A stretch of DNA of 64,000 nt from Pseudogracilibacillus sp. (lineage in GTDB: Bacteria; Bacillota; Bacilli; Bacillales; Amphibacillaceae): NCBI GenBank assembly GCA_035301825.1, contig DATGTP010000034.1:1290-65289 (forward strand). Direction: 5' to 3'. The notes under the pieces are model-generated. The model was not told the DNA's origin, made no database searches, and was given only the letters and a program-made list of their open reading frames with translations. Shown one piece after another: positions 1-12,492 of this stretch (the first letter of the stretch is position 1; every line of letters begins with the position of its first letter). Position numbers and translations under genes: made by a program.

Positions 1-908
1 TGACATGTATAGACATCCTTTTCTGGCTGACGTGTCACTTCAATCGCAAACATCGCTGCAGCCTGATAACGAAATGCTTTATATTTATCAAATAAATGTG
101 ATTGATAAAAGCCTGAACCAACTGTCACCTCTGTCACATACTTTTCCTTAGTCGTTAAGTGCAAACTTCCTGTCCCACCCCCATTTACAAAGCGTAAAAA
201 AGGGTGATGTTTTCGAAGGTACTTTACTGCTTGTTTACGTCTTTTCTTCACCTTTTTACGGGCATAGGCTTTGAGAATACGGATCAAAATTCCTTTCGCT
301 TTAGCTTGTGGATCCGCATCTGTTACCCCTGCAATTTGTGCTTCATAACCCATGAGACCATCCAAAAGTAAGGTAGTCTTCCCTTTTAAATGTTTAGACA
401 TTTTTTTAAGGTCATCCAAACTTTTAATAGATGATCGATAAACACCAAAATGAAGATTAAAAATCTTGTTAGATAAATCGATATCAAGACAAAGCAAGAA
501 ATGACCATTTTCACTGTTTGCAATCGCATCTAAATGCTCAATATGTTCAAGGCTATCAACCATGACAACGATACGGGCGCCATTTGTTGTTAAACGGCAT
601 ATCTTTCTCAAGGTCTTTTCATCCCAAATCGGATAAGCAATAAGCAAATCATCAAGCCCTTGCTCATATAAATAAATCGCTTCTTCACCTGTAAAACACA
701 TGATCCCCTTAAAGATGGAGGAAGATGCTAATATTTTCTTGATCATCTCAACTGATCGAATCGATTTTGAAGCAAGCCGAATTTGCTTCCCTTTTGCTTG
801 ATTACCAATGTCTCTTACATTTTGTTCAAAAGCATCTAAGTCAATAAATGCACACGGTTTTTCAAGCCCTATTAAAGCTTTTTTATATCGATTATATTGG
901 TCTTTCAT
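1..908 (-). CDS. PLP-dependent amino acid deaminase/aldolase (alanine racemase N-terminal fold, DSD1-like); 3' end runs off the window
   Basis: Not in the ORF track; hand translation from ATG at 908 (RBS GAGGTG): MKDQYNRYKKALIGLEKPCAFIDLDAFEQNVRDIGNQAKGKQIRLASKSIRS...GIMCFT..EA...GLDDLLIAYP, typical of type III PLP aldolase/deaminase family. Confidence 0.8.
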   Translation of the reverse strand, partial: MKDQYNRYKKALIGLEKPCAFIDLDAFEQNVRDIGNQAKGKQIRLASKSIRSVEMIKKILASSSIFKGIMCFTGEEAIYLYEQGLDDLLIAYPIWDEKTLRKICRLTTNGARIVVMVDSLEHIEHLDAIANSENGHFLLCLDIDLSNKIFNLHFGVYRSSIKSLDDLKKMSKHLKGKTTLLLDGLMGYEAQIAGVTDADPQAKAKGILIRILKAYARKKVKKRRKQAVKYLRKHHPFLRFVNGGGTGSLHLTTKEKYVTEVTVGSGFYQSHLFDKYKAFRYQAAAMFAIEVTRQPEKDVYTC

Positions 909-923
909 TGTAAGCACCTCAGT

Positions 924-1169
924 TTATAACAACTTTAATAAATGTGTCAGTGCATCTCCTTCATCTTCCCCATCAATAATGAGTGTTATCCGTTCACCAC
1001 GAAAGATGGCTAAGCTCATTAACCCCATAATACTTTTGGCATTAATTCGTTTATGTCCTTTGTCAATAAAAATATTGGCATTAAAACGATTGGCTTCTTG
1101 TACGAAATGAGATGCAGCCCTCGCTTGTAATCCTTCTTCTAAATGAACCGTCACTTCATGTTCAATCAA
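924..1169 (-). CDS. crh: HPr-like catabolite repression protein Crh
   Basis: GLQAR (Gln at HPr His15 position), NAKSIMGLMSL with regulatory Ser46; downstream of whiA as in Bacillus. Confidence 0.85.
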   Translation of the reverse strand: MIEHEVTVHLEEGLQARAASHFVQEANRFNANIFIDKGHKRINAKSIMGLMSLAIFRGERITLIIDGEDEGDALTHLLKLL

Positions 1170-1198
1170 AATAGCCCTCTCCCTTCATACGACAACGA

Positions 1199-1212
1199 TG
1201 TAAACGCTATCA
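1199..1212 (-). promoter_or_regulatory. cre site (CcpA operator) upstream of crh
   Basis: TGTAAACGCTATCA fits TGWAARCGYTWNCW, 30 bp upstream of crh start. Confidence 0.7.
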
Positions 1213-1250
1213 TTATTTTTAGTATAACATAATTAGTATAATTTGGAAAT

Positions 1251-1281
1251 AAAAAAGAGATGACCTTAAATTCATCTCTTT
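1251..1281 (-). terminator. Intrinsic terminator after whiA
   Basis: AAAGAGATGA...TCATCTCTTT inverted repeat, with A-run giving a U-tail on the minus strand. Confidence 0.65.
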
Positions 1282-2230
1282 ACAGCTCCCCTGTTTCCAT
1301 TAACTTTTTAGCTAAGCTTTCAATTCTTTTCAAACGATGGTTCACACCTGATTTAGAAAGCGGGCCTGATGGAAGTAATTCACCAAGCTCTTTTAAAGTG
1401 ACATCAGGATATTGGATACGGGTTTCAGCGATTTCTTTTAATTTATCTGGTAATGCTTCTAAGCCGACTTCTTGCTTTATGAGTTTAATGCTTTCTGTTT
1501 GTCTAACAGAGGCATCAATCGTTTTATTTAAGTTAGCTGTTTCACAATTAACTAAACGATTGACTGAATTTCTCATATCACGCACAATCCGTACGTCTTC
1601 AAATTTAAATAAAGCATTATTTGCACCGATAATATTAAGAAAGTCTGCAATTTTCTCTGCTTCTTTTAAATAAATAATAAAACCATTTTTCCGTTGATGT
1701 TCGCGGGCATTTAAAGGATAGGTATTAATTAATTCACATAAATAATGATTATGCTCGCCATCCAAATTAAATATTTCTAAATGGTAGGATGATGTTTCTG
1801 GATTATTAACAGACCCTCGCATTAAAAAAGCCCCTCGAATATAAGCGCGACGGCAACAATCTTTTTCATATAAATGAAGTAAACTATCTGCCAAAAAGCC
1901 TTCATCTTCAATTTCAATATTTAAAGTTTCTAACATATGCTCAACACGTTCACGCATTCGAACGATATAGACATTATTTTTCTTTAACCGCATTTTTCGG
2001 CGAACAAGTAATTCCACATCATATGGAAACAACTGCCTGACAAGCGTATATATCCGCCTTGCGATTGCTGCACTCTCCGTTTGTATATCAAGTGTCATAT
2101 GTGGCAATGCGGTTGAAATAACACCATTCGCTTGTATGATCGCCGCTAATTCAGCCTTGACACAACAATCATCATTTTCAATTAAGATGAGTTCATTTTT
2201 TACTTCCGAAGTAAATGATGACATTTTCAT
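1280..2230 (-). CDS. whiA: DNA-binding protein WhiA
   Basis: [48 protein letters not shown]; synteny. Confidence 0.95.
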   Translation of the reverse strand: MKMSSFTSEVKNELILIENDDCCVKAELAAIIQANGVISTALPHMTLDIQTESAAIARRIYTLVRQLFPYDVELLVRRKMRLKKNNVYIVRMRERVEHMLETLNIEIEDEGFLADSLLHLYEKDCCRRAYIRGAFLMRGSVNNPETSSYHLEIFNLDGEHNHYLCELINTYPLNAREHQRKNGFIIYLKEAEKIADFLNIIGANNALFKFEDVRIVRDMRNSVNRLVNCETANLNKTIDASVRQTESIKLIKQEVGLEALPDKLKEIAETRIQYPDVTLKELGELLPSGPLSKSGVNHRLKRIESLAKKLMETGEL

Positions 2231-2235
2231 TCTCC

Positions 2236-3225
2236 TTAGTAATTCGATTGATAACTGCCGACTCCTTCTAATAAGTCGATCATAATAGCTTGAATTTTGT
2301 CTTCAGAATGACGAATTGGTAAACTACTATTCGCTAACATATTCTCTTCGATAACATGTATACCATATTTGGCCAAACGTTCTTTATCATAAATAACCGG
2401 CTCTGAACCTTCTGCTTCATAGTGCTTTGTCATACTTTTGTCAATCGCTTCATTATGCACGATAACCGAATTGACGATATTAGCCCCAACATGGCGATGA
2501 ATTGCTTGGATGTGATCTGTCACAGAATAATGATCAGTTTCCCCTCTTTGCGTCATAATATTAGCGATATAGGTAATTTCAGCCTGTGTATTTAATAGAG
2601 CTTGCTTAATCCCAGGAATGACAATATTAGGCATAATACTCGTATATAAACTACCAGGTGCAATAAGAACTAAATCTGCTTCCTCTATCGCTTCAACTGC
2701 TTTAGGATATGCTTCAACATGTTGTGGTGTTACAAAAACACGCTCAATCTTATTATTCTCTACTTTGACGATTTCTGATTCCCCTGTCACAATTAATCCA
2801 TCAGCCATCTCGGCATGGAGCGTGACAGAAGCATTGACAACTGGGTAGACTTGACCATTCACCTGAAATATTTGGCCTAACCTTTCAATGGCTTCAGCAA
2901 AGTCTCCTGTAATATCACGCATGGCAGCTAAAATTAAATTCCCTAATGAATGCCCTGACAAGCCATTTTTCCCATTAAAACGATATTGAAAAAGCTCTTT
3001 TAAATTTGTATCAATATTTGCCATCGCTGATAATACATTCCGAATATCACCCGGCGCAGGCATATCGATTGCTTTACGCAACTCACCTGTACTTCCACCG
3101 TCATCAGCTACTGTTATAATTGATGTAATATGAATAGGTAAATCTTTAATACCTTTTAAAATAGCCGGTACACCGGTTCCCCCACCTATGACAACAACAC
3201 GTGCTTGACGATTTATCTCTTTCAT
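2236..3225 (-). CDS. yvcK: Gluconeogenesis factor YvcK/GlmR (CofD-like)
   Basis: [37 protein letters not shown]. Confidence 0.93.
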   Translation of the reverse strand: MKEINRQARVVVIGGGTGVPAILKGIKDLPIHITSIITVADDGGSTGELRKAIDMPAPGDIRNVLSAMANIDTNLKELFQYRFNGKNGLSGHSLGNLILAAMRDITGDFAEAIERLGQIFQVNGQVYPVVNASVTLHAEMADGLIVTGESEIVKVENNKIERVFVTPQHVEAYPKAVEAIEEADLVLIAPGSLYTSIMPNIVIPGIKQALLNTQAEITYIANIMTQRGETDHYSVTDHIQAIHRHVGANIVNSVIVHNEAIDKSMTKHYEAEGSEPVIYDKERLAKYGIHVIEENMLANSSLPIRHSEDKIQAIMIDLLEGVGSYQSNY

Positions 3226-3228
3226 GGA

Positions 3229-4110
3229 TTAACGTCCCTTTCTTTTGTCAACATCACGGTGGGTTCTATGGGTATTCCATTGTTCTTTCAAGAGATTAGC
3301 ATAATGCTCAACTAAAGTAACAGAGCGGTGTTGACCACCAGTACAACCGATGGCAATAATGAGCTGCTGCTTTCCTTCCTTTTCATATTGTGGGATTAAA
3401 AACTCAAATAAATCAATCATTTTCTCATTAAACTTATGCGTCTCACTCCACTTTAAAACGTAAGATGATACTTCTTCATCTAAACCCGTCTTCGGTCGTA
3501 AATCTTCAATATAAAATGGATTCGGTAAAAAGCGGACATCAAAAACAAGATCAGCATCAATCGGAATCCCATACTTAAATCCAAATGATACGAAATTGAC
3601 TGAAAATGTACGTGCCTGCTCAGATCCATATACTTTTTGTAACTTTTCACGTAATTCTTTCGGCTTCATATTACTCGTATCAATAATTTGTTGGGCACGC
3701 CCACGTAAATTATTTAAAATATGACGTTCTTGCTCAATCCCTTGTAAAGGCAAGCCTTCTGCTGACAAAGGATGGGCACGCCTTGTTTCTTTATAACGTG
3801 TCACTAATGTCTCATCTTTAGCATCTAAAAAGATCATATGATCTTGTACCCAATCTGCTTCACTTAAAGCATCAAGTCCATCATATAAAGCGTCAAAAAA
3901 CTCACGCCCACGTAAATCAATGACAAGTGCTATTTTTTTAATATTATGCGTTGAATCTTTAATTAACTCTAAAAAAGTCGGTAGCAATGTTGGTGGTAAG
4001 TTGTCGACACAATAATAACCTAAATCTTCAAAACTTTGTACGGCAACTGTCTTCCCTGCTCCTGACATCCCCGTAATAATTAATACTTCTGTTTGATTGT
4101 CAGCCAACAT
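3229..4110 (-). CDS. rapZ: RNase adapter / nucleotide-binding protein RapZ (YvcJ)
   Basis: [33 protein letters not shown]. Confidence 0.95.
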   Translation of the reverse strand: MLADNQTEVLIITGMSGAGKTVAVQSFEDLGYYCVDNLPPTLLPTFLELIKDSTHNIKKIALVIDLRGREFFDALYDGLDALSEADWVQDHMIFLDAKDETLVTRYKETRRAHPLSAEGLPLQGIEQERHILNNLRGRAQQIIDTSNMKPKELREKLQKVYGSEQARTFSVNFVSFGFKYGIPIDADLVFDVRFLPNPFYIEDLRPKTGLDEEVSSYVLKWSETHKFNEKMIDLFEFLIPQYEKEGKQQLIIAIGCTGGQHRSVTLVEHYANLLKEQWNTHRTHRDVDKRKGR

Positions 4111-4191
4111 ATTCTCCCCCTCTAAATTTATTTATAAAGTCTATTATACATGAAGTCTCCACTTTGCTCCATGTTTCAAGTTAATGTAGAC

Positions 4192-4259
4192 AAAAAAATG
4201 ACACAGACAATTTGTCTGTGCCTAAGTTAATTTATATAAAGGGGGGTCAATTAACGTTA
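4192..4259 (-). ncRNA. Candidate small RNA with C-rich hairpin loop and own terminator
   Basis: -10 TATACT (4265-4270), hairpin GTTAATT-GACCCCCCTTTATATA-AATTAAC, terminator GGCACAGACAAATTGTCTGTGTC + U7; lies downstream of the separate trxB terminator. Confidence 0.55.
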
Positions 4260-4305
4260 CAAATAGTATACTAAAGGATTGTTTCGATATGGTTACAAAC
4301 TGATT

Positions 4306-4339
4306 AAAAAAACCTTACTTAAATATTAAGTAAGGTTTT
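4306..4339 (-). terminator. Intrinsic terminator of trxB
   Basis: AAAACCTTACTTAA/TTAAGTAAGGTTTT inverted repeat with A-run. Confidence 0.75.
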
Positions 4340-4343
4340 CATC

Positions 4344-5884
<1,541 letters not shown>

Positions 5885-5887
5885 CTT

Positions 5888-6526
5888 TTACACCCCGACA
5901 ATCTTTAATAAATCCCACATATCTTCAAGCATGTATGTTGGTTCATAACTTTGTAAATATGCCCTACCTTTCAAACTCCAACTCACGCCAGCTGTTGCCA
6001 TTTGAGCATTATGCCCTGCAACAATGTCATGATGATTGTCACCGACCATTAAGGTCGTTTCCCGCTCACCATTTAACTGTCCCATTCCTTTAATAACAGG
6101 TTCAGGGTCTGGCTTAGCATGGGTCACATCATTTAAAGTGATAATACTGTCAAAATAATGACGAATATTCGTAATATCTAAACCTAAATCAACTGCATTT
6201 CGCATTTTTGTTGAGACAATGCCCAATTTTATCCCTGCTTCATGTAAAGCTTGTAAGGTTTCTTCAACATGAGGAAATAAAGTTAAATAGGCTTCATGAT
6301 GAGCTAAATTATGTTCTTGATAGGTTTTCACCATTAGGTCTGCCTTTGTTTCATCCAATGTTCGAAAGGTTTCAATTAAAGGCGGACCATTAAATGATTT
6401 TAGTTCCTCCTCTGTAAAAGGATGGTTGTATTTTGTTAATGTATATTTAAATGACTCTGTAATGAGCTCATTCGTATCGACTAATGTACCATCAAAATCA
6501 AATAAAACTGTTTTAAATAAACTCAC
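5888..6526 (-). CDS. ppaX: HAD pyrophosphatase PpaX
   Basis: FDFDGTL, KPDPEP, MVGDNHHDI; hprK operon. Confidence 0.9.
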   Translation of the reverse strand: MSLFKTVLFDFDGTLVDTNELITESFKYTLTKYNHPFTEEELKSFNGPPLIETFRTLDETKADLMVKTYQEHNLAHHEAYLTLFPHVEETLQALHEAGIKLGIVSTKMRNAVDLGLDITNIRHYFDSIITLNDVTHAKPDPEPVIKGMGQLNGERETTLMVGDNHHDIVAGHNAQMATAGVSWSLKGRAYLQSYEPTYMLEDMWDLLKIVGV

Positions 6527-6541
6527 CTATGTTTGCTCCTT

Positions 6542-7375
6542 TTACTTCGTTTTTATCGTGCTACCATCATAACGTTTCTGAGCTAAATTTGCTTGACGAC
6601 GGTAAATCATAAGACCGACTGCAGCTACAATTAAAACAATCGAAATAAGTTGTGCTTGACGTAAGCCTAAGAAGTATAAACTATCTGTACGTAAGCCTTC
6701 AATAAAGAATCTACCAATTGAATACATGATGACATAATTTAAGAAAAGCTCTCCACGACGAATGTTAAGACGTCGCAACCAAATTAAAAGAGCAAAAACG
6801 ATGATATTCCAAATCGATTCATATAAAAATGTCGGATAATAATATGCCCCACCAATGCACATTTGATTCATAATAAAATCAGGTAAATATTGATGAAAAT
6901 TATTATAAGCCGCTTCTGATATGGCACCACCATGTGCTTCTTGGTTCATAAAATTACCCCAACGCCCAATCGCTTGCCCTAAAATAATACTTGGCGCTGC
7001 AATGTCAGCTAGCTGCCAAAATGACATCTTCTTCACTTTAGCAAATACAAGAGCTGTTAGAACTGACCCAATTAAAGCACCATGAATGGCGATACCGCCT
7101 TCCCAAATGGCAAATAAGTCAATAAATGAACCACCTTTAAATTGTTGCCATTCGAAAATAACGTAATAAATTCGCGCACTAATAATGGCAATCGGTGCTG
7201 CAAATACGATTAAATCAACCATGACCCCTTGTTGTAAACCTAATTTATCTGCTTCACGATTAGCTAAATATAAACCTAAAAATAAACCCGAGGCAATAAT
7301 AACCCCATACCAATATATTGTAAATGGGCCTAATTCAAAAAACACCCTACTATACGCTTCAGCTTCACATACCAC
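6542..7375 (-). CDS. lgt: Prolipoprotein diacylglyceryl transferase
   Basis: [31 protein letters not shown]. Confidence 0.95.
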   Translation of the reverse strand: MVCEAEAYSRVFFELGPFTIYWYGVIIASGLFLGLYLANREADKLGLQQGVMVDLIVFAAPIAIISARIYYVIFEWQQFKGGSFIDLFAIWEGGIAIHGALIGSVLTALVFAKVKKMSFWQLADIAAPSIILGQAIGRWGNFMNQEAHGGAISEAAYNNFHQYLPDFIMNQMCIGGAYYYPTFLYESIWNIIVFALLIWLRRLNIRRGELFLNYVIMYSIGRFFIEGLRTDSLYFLGLRQAQLISIVLIVAAVGLMIYRRQANLAQKRYDGSTIKTK

Positions 7376-7395
7376 GATTGATCACACCTCAAATT

Positions 7396-8328
7396 CTATT
7401 GATTTTTTCCTTTTTCTTCAATCATATTTTTTAGCTGTTCTGAGAAGTTTTCTGCTGCATTCACACCCATTCGTTTCAAACGGAAGTTCATTGCTGCAAC
7501 TTCAATAATAACAGCTAAGTTACGTCCTGGTTTAACAGGGATCGTTAATCTCGGAATATGAACATCAATAATCTTCAAAGTCTCTTCGTCTAAACCAAGA
7601 CGTTCATATTGCTTTTCATCATCCCACTCTTCCAAATGAACGATAAAAGATATCCGTTTAAAATCCTTAACAGCACCTGCTCCAAATAAAGTCATAATGT
7701 TTAAGATACCTAAGCCACGAATTTCGAGTAAATGTTCAATTAATGGTGGCGATGTACCAATTAAACGATCATAATCTTCTTGATGAATTTCAACACTATC
7801 ATCTGCAACGAGACGATGTCCTCGCTTCACTAATTCAAGAGCTGTTTCACTTTTACCGACACCACTTTGACCTGTTATTAAAACACCTACCCCATAAATA
7901 TCTACTAAGACACCATGGACCGCAGTTGTCGGAGCAAATTTCACCCCTAAAAAGTTCGTTACACGGACAATGACTCGGTTAGTCGGTCGTTTTGATACTA
8001 AAATAGGCACACCTGCCTCATTTGCCGCTTCAATTAAAACAGCTGGCACATCCATCCCATTTGTGACGATAATACCTGGTGTGATATCTGTACAAAGACG
8101 ATTAACCCGATCAACTTGTTCATCATATGTTAAATTTAAAAAATAATTCATTTCCGTCTTCCCGATAATTTGAATCCTTTCCTTCGGATAATACTCGAAG
8201 AAACCTGTCATTTCAAATCCCGGACGAGAAATGTCATTCGATGTAATCTCACGATGGATCCCATCTTCACCTGCAACAACATCCATCGTAAAGTTATCAA
8301 TTAAATCTTGCGTACGCACTACACTCAT
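7396..8328 (-). CDS. hprK: HPr(Ser) kinase/phosphorylase
   Basis: [40 protein letters not shown]. Confidence 0.97.
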   Translation of the reverse strand: MSVVRTQDLIDNFTMDVVAGEDGIHREITSNDISRPGFEMTGFFEYYPKERIQIIGKTEMNYFLNLTYDEQVDRVNRLCTDITPGIIVTNGMDVPAVLIEAANEAGVPILVSKRPTNRVIVRVTNFLGVKFAPTTAVHGVLVDIYGVGVLITGQSGVGKSETALELVKRGHRLVADDSVEIHQEDYDRLIGTSPPLIEHLLEIRGLGILNIMTLFGAGAVKDFKRISFIVHLEEWDDEKQYERLGLDEETLKIIDVHIPRLTIPVKPGRNLAVIIEVAAMNFRLKRMGVNAAENFSEQLKNMIEEKGKNQ

Positions 8329-8476
8329 CGTAAACCTCCACTATACATGGCTCAATTTATATTTTTTACACATTACTACTATTTTATCGTTAATCGGCAG
8401 ATTAATCTAGAAAACATCACTAAAAACATAATAAAAGTCCGGTAATCGGATACACTCCTTTACCGGACATCATAAA

Positions 8477-9151
8477 TTAATCTTCAAACTGCCAAATATA
8501 AAACTGTTCAGTACCTAAACGCTCTTTTAAAGCTTGTAAAGCCTCATCATTTTTTAAGGCATCGTTTTCCATTTGTTCAAGTAAACCTTCTGCTTGCGAC
8601 TTATGCTTCGTAATCGCTTGTAATTTATGATTAAAATCTTCTACTTCAAAAACGACATCTGGTTCACCAAGTTCTTCCTTATAATTATGTGTAATCGCTG
8701 CTGCCCAAACAGTCGGACGTTCAGCTGGATCCATTTGACGAACAGCCTCAATCGTCGCCACACCTAAAGCATTATGGTCTGGATGGACCCCATGCTCTGG
8801 ATAGTGTGTAATAACTAAGCTCGGCTCAATTCGATCAAGTGCCTCTTTGACAACTGCCGCAGCATCTTCAACTTTTTCAAACTCAATCGTCTTATCACGG
8901 AAGCCAAGCACTTCATAATTAATATCTAAAAAGTCACAAGCATCTTTTAATTCAACTTCACGAAAATCACGCAAGGTTTCACGATTAGCAAAAGGTGGCG
9001 TCCCCATATTACGACCCATCTCACCTAATGTCCCACATAAATAAGTGACCGGTACACCTTGCTCACGATATTTTTTTATAATACCAGACGTTCCAAAAGA
9101 TTCATCATCCGGATGTGGAAATACGATCACAACATGCTTTTCCTCTTTCAT
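8477..9151 (-). CDS. bshB2: Bacillithiol biosynthesis deacetylase BshB2 (PIG-L family)
   Basis: FPHPDDE, TLGEMGRNMG, HPDH, HKSQ; adjacent to yojF; start set at MKEEKH. Confidence 0.9.
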   Translation of the reverse strand: MKEEKHVVIVFPHPDDESFGTSGIIKKYREQGVPVTYLCGTLGEMGRNMGTPPFANRETLRDFREVELKDACDFLDINYEVLGFRDKTIEFEKVEDAAAVVKEALDRIEPSLVITHYPEHGVHPDHNALGVATIEAVRQMDPAERPTVWAAAITHNYKEELGEPDVVFEVEDFNHKLQAITKHKSQAEGLLEQMENDALKNDEALQALKERLGTEQFYIWQFED

Positions 9152-9171
9152 TTTCTCACCTACTCCATTCA

Positions 9172-9519
9172 TTATTTAAAAGGCGTTTCACTAATTTGTA
9201 ATGCAACCATGAGGCGCCCTTCACCATCATGACCTGCTAACAACAATTTATTTTCATCATATACTTCATAATCTGTTAGACCTTCACCATAAACCCAGCC
9301 AAGCTCCGTATTTAAACCAACACGATAACCACGATCACCTGCGATAACCGCATTCGTATACTTTATCTTAGCATTTCGAATATAAGCCCCAACATTAACT
9401 CCCTTATTTCCAAAATGACTCGCATATGCCCCATTCGTCGTTTCTAAATGAACATATACCTCTTTATTTGCATATTGATCTAACAAAGCTTGAACTTCCT
9501 CTTTATTGATTGGTTTCAT
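9172..9519 (-). CDS. yojF: YojF family protein (DUF1806)
   Basis: VYVHLETTNGAYASH, GWVYGEGLT, LLLAGHD. Confidence 0.88.
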   Translation of the reverse strand: MKPINKEEVQALLDQYANKEVYVHLETTNGAYASHFGNKGVNVGAYIRNAKIKYTNAVIAGDRGYRVGLNTELGWVYGEGLTDYEVYDENKLLLAGHDGEGRLMVALQISETPFK

Positions 9520-9625
9520 TCCTTCAACCTCCTACTCTTTTATTAGCTTACTTAAAATAAGCTTCATTCGTCAAAATATATGTTCCATTTTAAAAAAGGG
9601 AGCTTAACAGCTCCCTCAGCTTCCT

Positions 9626-12469
9626 TTAGTTTTGCTCACGCTCTTTATCGCGTGCTAGCATGACGTCTAAATATTGCCCTGTATAAGATCCATTAAATGC
9701 AGCAACCTCCTCAGGTGTGCCTGTGACAAGAACTTCTCCGCCACCATCGCCACCTTCAGGTCCAAGATCAATCATATAGTCAGCCATTTTAATGACATCT
9801 AAATTATGTTCAATGACGATAACCGTATCCCCATTGTCGACAAGTCGTTGAATAACAGCTAATAGACGTTTAATATCATCGATATGAAGCCCTGTTGTCG
9901 GCTCATCTAAAATATAAACAGTTTTTCCATTCGAACGCTTATGCAACTCACTCGCTAACTTCACCCGTTGTGCTTCCCCACCAGATAAAGTCGTCGCTGG
10001 TTGTCCTAATTTAATATAACCTAAACCAACATCGGCAATCGTCTGTAGTTTTCTCTTTATTTTTGGAATGTTATCAAAGAAGGATAATGCTTCTTCAATT
10101 CGCATATCTAATATGTCGGCAATGTTTTTCCCTTTAAAGGTAACTTCTAAGGTTTCACGATTATATCGCTTACCATCACAGACTTCACAGGGAACATAAA
10201 CATCTGGCAAAAAGTGCATTTCAATTTTTAAAATCCCATCACCACGACAAGCTTCACAACGACCACCTTTCACATTAAAGCTAAAGCGTCCTTTTTTATA
10301 ACCTCTTACTTTTGCTTCATTCGTCTGAGCGAAAACATCACGAATGTCATCAAAGACCCCTGTATATGTCGCAGGGTTTGAGCGGGGTGTTCGTCCGATT
10401 GGTGCTTGGTTAATGTCAATAATTTTTTCGATATATTCAAGCCCTTTAATGGTCTTATGTTTGCCTGGACGATGTTTACCTTTATATAAATGTTGAGCAA
10501 TAGACTTATATAAAATATCATTCACGAGTGTACTTTTCCCAGAGCCAGAAACCCCTGTGACAAGGGTTAATAATCCAACTGGAAAAGCGACATCAATATT
10601 TTTTAAGTTGTTTTCTTCAGCCCCAATGACTTCGATGAATCTGTCATCTGCTTGACGTCTTTCATCAGGCACCGGAATGAATTTTTTCCCTGATAAGTAA
10701 TGGCCTGTTAACGATTTACGGGAACGCATAACTTGTTTAGGCGTTCCTTGTGCCACAATTTCACCACCATGGTCACCTGCACCAGGCCCGATATCAACAA
10801 TCCAATCCGCTTCAAGCATGGTATCTTCATCATGCTCAACAACGATTAAGGTATTATCTAAATCACGCATTTGTTTCAAGGTTTCAATGAGCCTGTCATT
10901 ATCACGTTGGTGCAGACCGATTGAAGGTTCGTCCAGTACATATAAAACACCTGTTAAAGCCGATCCAATTTGGGTTGCTAAACGAATCCGCTGGGCCTCC
11001 CCACCTGATAAGGTGCCTGAAGCACGTGACATCGTTAAGTAGCTTAGACCCACATTAATTAAAAAGCGTAAGCGGTCATTAATCTCCTTTAAAATCAAAC
11101 GAGCAATTTGCTCTTCTTTTTCCGTTAAGCTTAACTGTGTGAAAAAGTCATGTGCTTCAATAATTGAAAAGCGTGTGACTTCACTAATATGCAACTTGTT
11201 CACTTTCACACTTAAAGCTTCCTCATTTAAACGATAGCCTTGACAAGTTGGACACGCTGTCTCAGCCATGTATGCTTCTAATGTTTCACGAATAAAATCT
11301 GATGATGTCTCTTTGTAACGACGGGCAATATTGTTTAAAACCCCTTCAAAGAAAATGTTAGAACGTTTTTCCTTACCAAAATCATTCACAAAGTGAAACT
11401 CGATCTGTTCATCTCCAGAACCATACAAAATAATGTCCATTTCTTCTTTGGGCAAGTCTTTAACCGGGACATCCATATTAATCCCATAATGCTTACAAAC
11501 CGACTTTAATAATTGTGGGTAATATTGCGAACTAATGGGCTCCCAGGCAGCAATAGCATGGTCATTTAAACTTTTTGACCAGTCAGGAATGACGAGATTT
11601 AAATCCACTTCCAAATTTGTTCCCAATCCATCACAAGTTGGACACGCCCCGAAAGGACTGTTAAATGAAAAAAGACGTGGCTCGAGTTCTTCAATTGAGA
11701 AACCACAAAGCGGGCAAGCATGGTGCTCATTCATCCGCATTTCTTCTCCATCAATGACATCAACTATCAGTGATCCCTCACCTAGTTTTAAAGCCGTCTC
11801 AATGGAATCAGACAAACGACTTTCGATTCCCTCTTTCACGACAATACGATCTATGACGACATCAATCGAATGTTTTTTATTTTTATTTAAGTCAATGTCA
11901 TCTGTAATCTCAACCATGTCACCATTGACTCTTAAGCGAATATATCCTTCTTTTTGTAAGTTCTCTAATGTTTTAGCATGGGTCCCTTTTCGGCCTGATA
12001 CGACAGGCGCTAACAATTGAATACGTGACCGTTCTGGTAGTTCCATCACTTGATCGACCATTTGTTGAACAGTTTGTGACGTTATTTCAATCCCATGATT
12101 AGGACAAACAGGCCGACCAATTCGCGCATAAAGTAAGCGTAAATAGTCATAGATCTCCGTTACCGTTGCGACGGTTGAACGTGGGTTTTTGCTCGTCGTC
12201 TTTTGATCAATTGAAATAGCTGGTGATAAACCTTCAATTGTATCAACATCTGGCTTATCCATTTGACCTAAAAACTGACGGGCATAAGCTGATAAAGACT
12301 CAACATAGCGACGTTGACCTTCCGCGTAAATCGTATCGAAAGCTAAAGATGATTTACCTGAACCAGATAGACCAGTGACCACAACTAATTTATTTTTAGG
12401 AATATCGATATCAACATTTTTCAAATTATGTGCCCGAGCACCTTTAATTCTAATTTTTTTATTTGGCAT
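9626..12469 (-). CDS. uvrA: Excinuclease ABC subunit A
   Basis: Two ABC ATPase domains, zinc-finger Cys motifs, 947 aa. Confidence 0.98.
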   Translation of the reverse strand: MPNKKIRIKGARAHNLKNVDIDIPKNKLVVVTGLSGSGKSSLAFDTIYAEGQRRYVESLSAYARQFLGQMDKPDVDTIEGLSPAISIDQKTTSKNPRSTVATVTEIYDYLRLLYARIGRPVCPNHGIEITSQTVQQMVDQVMELPERSRIQLLAPVVSGRKGTHAKTLENLQKEGYIRLRVNGDMVEITDDIDLNKNKKHSIDVVIDRIVVKEGIESRLSDSIETALKLGEGSLIVDVIDGEEMRMNEHHACPLCGFSIEELEPRLFSFNSPFGACPTCDGLGTNLEVDLNLVIPDWSKSLNDHAIAAWEPISSQYYPQLLKSVCKHYGINMDVPVKDLPKEEMDIILYGSGDEQIEFHFVNDFGKEKRSNIFFEGVLNNIARRYKETSSDFIRETLEAYMAETACPTCQGYRLNEEALSVKVNKLHISEVTRFSIIEAHDFFTQLSLTEKEEQIARLILKEINDRLRFLINVGLSYLTMSRASGTLSGGEAQRIRLATQIGSALTGVLYVLDEPSIGLHQRDNDRLIETLKQMRDLDNTLIVVEHDEDTMLEADWIVDIGPGAGDHGGEIVAQGTPKQVMRSRKSLTGHYLSGKKFIPVPDERRQADDRFIEVIGAEENNLKNIDVAFPVGLLTLVTGVSGSGKSTLVNDILYKSIAQHLYKGKHRPGKHKTIKGLEYIEKIIDINQAPIGRTPRSNPATYTGVFDDIRDVFAQTNEAKVRGYKKGRFSFNVKGGRCEACRGDGILKIEMHFLPDVYVPCEVCDGKRYNRETLEVTFKGKNIADILDMRIEEALSFFDNIPKIKRKLQTIADVGLGYIKLGQPATTLSGGEAQRVKLASELHKRSNGKTVYILDEPTTGLHIDDIKRLLAVIQRLVDNGDTVIVIEHNLDVIKMADYMIDLGPEGGDGGGEVLVTGTPEEVAAFNGSYTGQYLDVMLARDKEREQN

Positions 12470-12492
12470 CTATATAACTTCCTTCCAAATGA

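Noticed and set aside
1-908. PLP racemase-fold enzyme as the D-Asp source for the ligase
   Set aside because: Known bacterial aspartate racemases for wall synthesis are cofactor-independent; this protein fits the aldolase/deaminase group and is 14 kb away
9574-9587. Possible SOS box upstream of yojF (GGAACATATATTTT on the minus strand)
   Set aside because: Two mismatches in one half-site in AT-rich DNA; insufficient support
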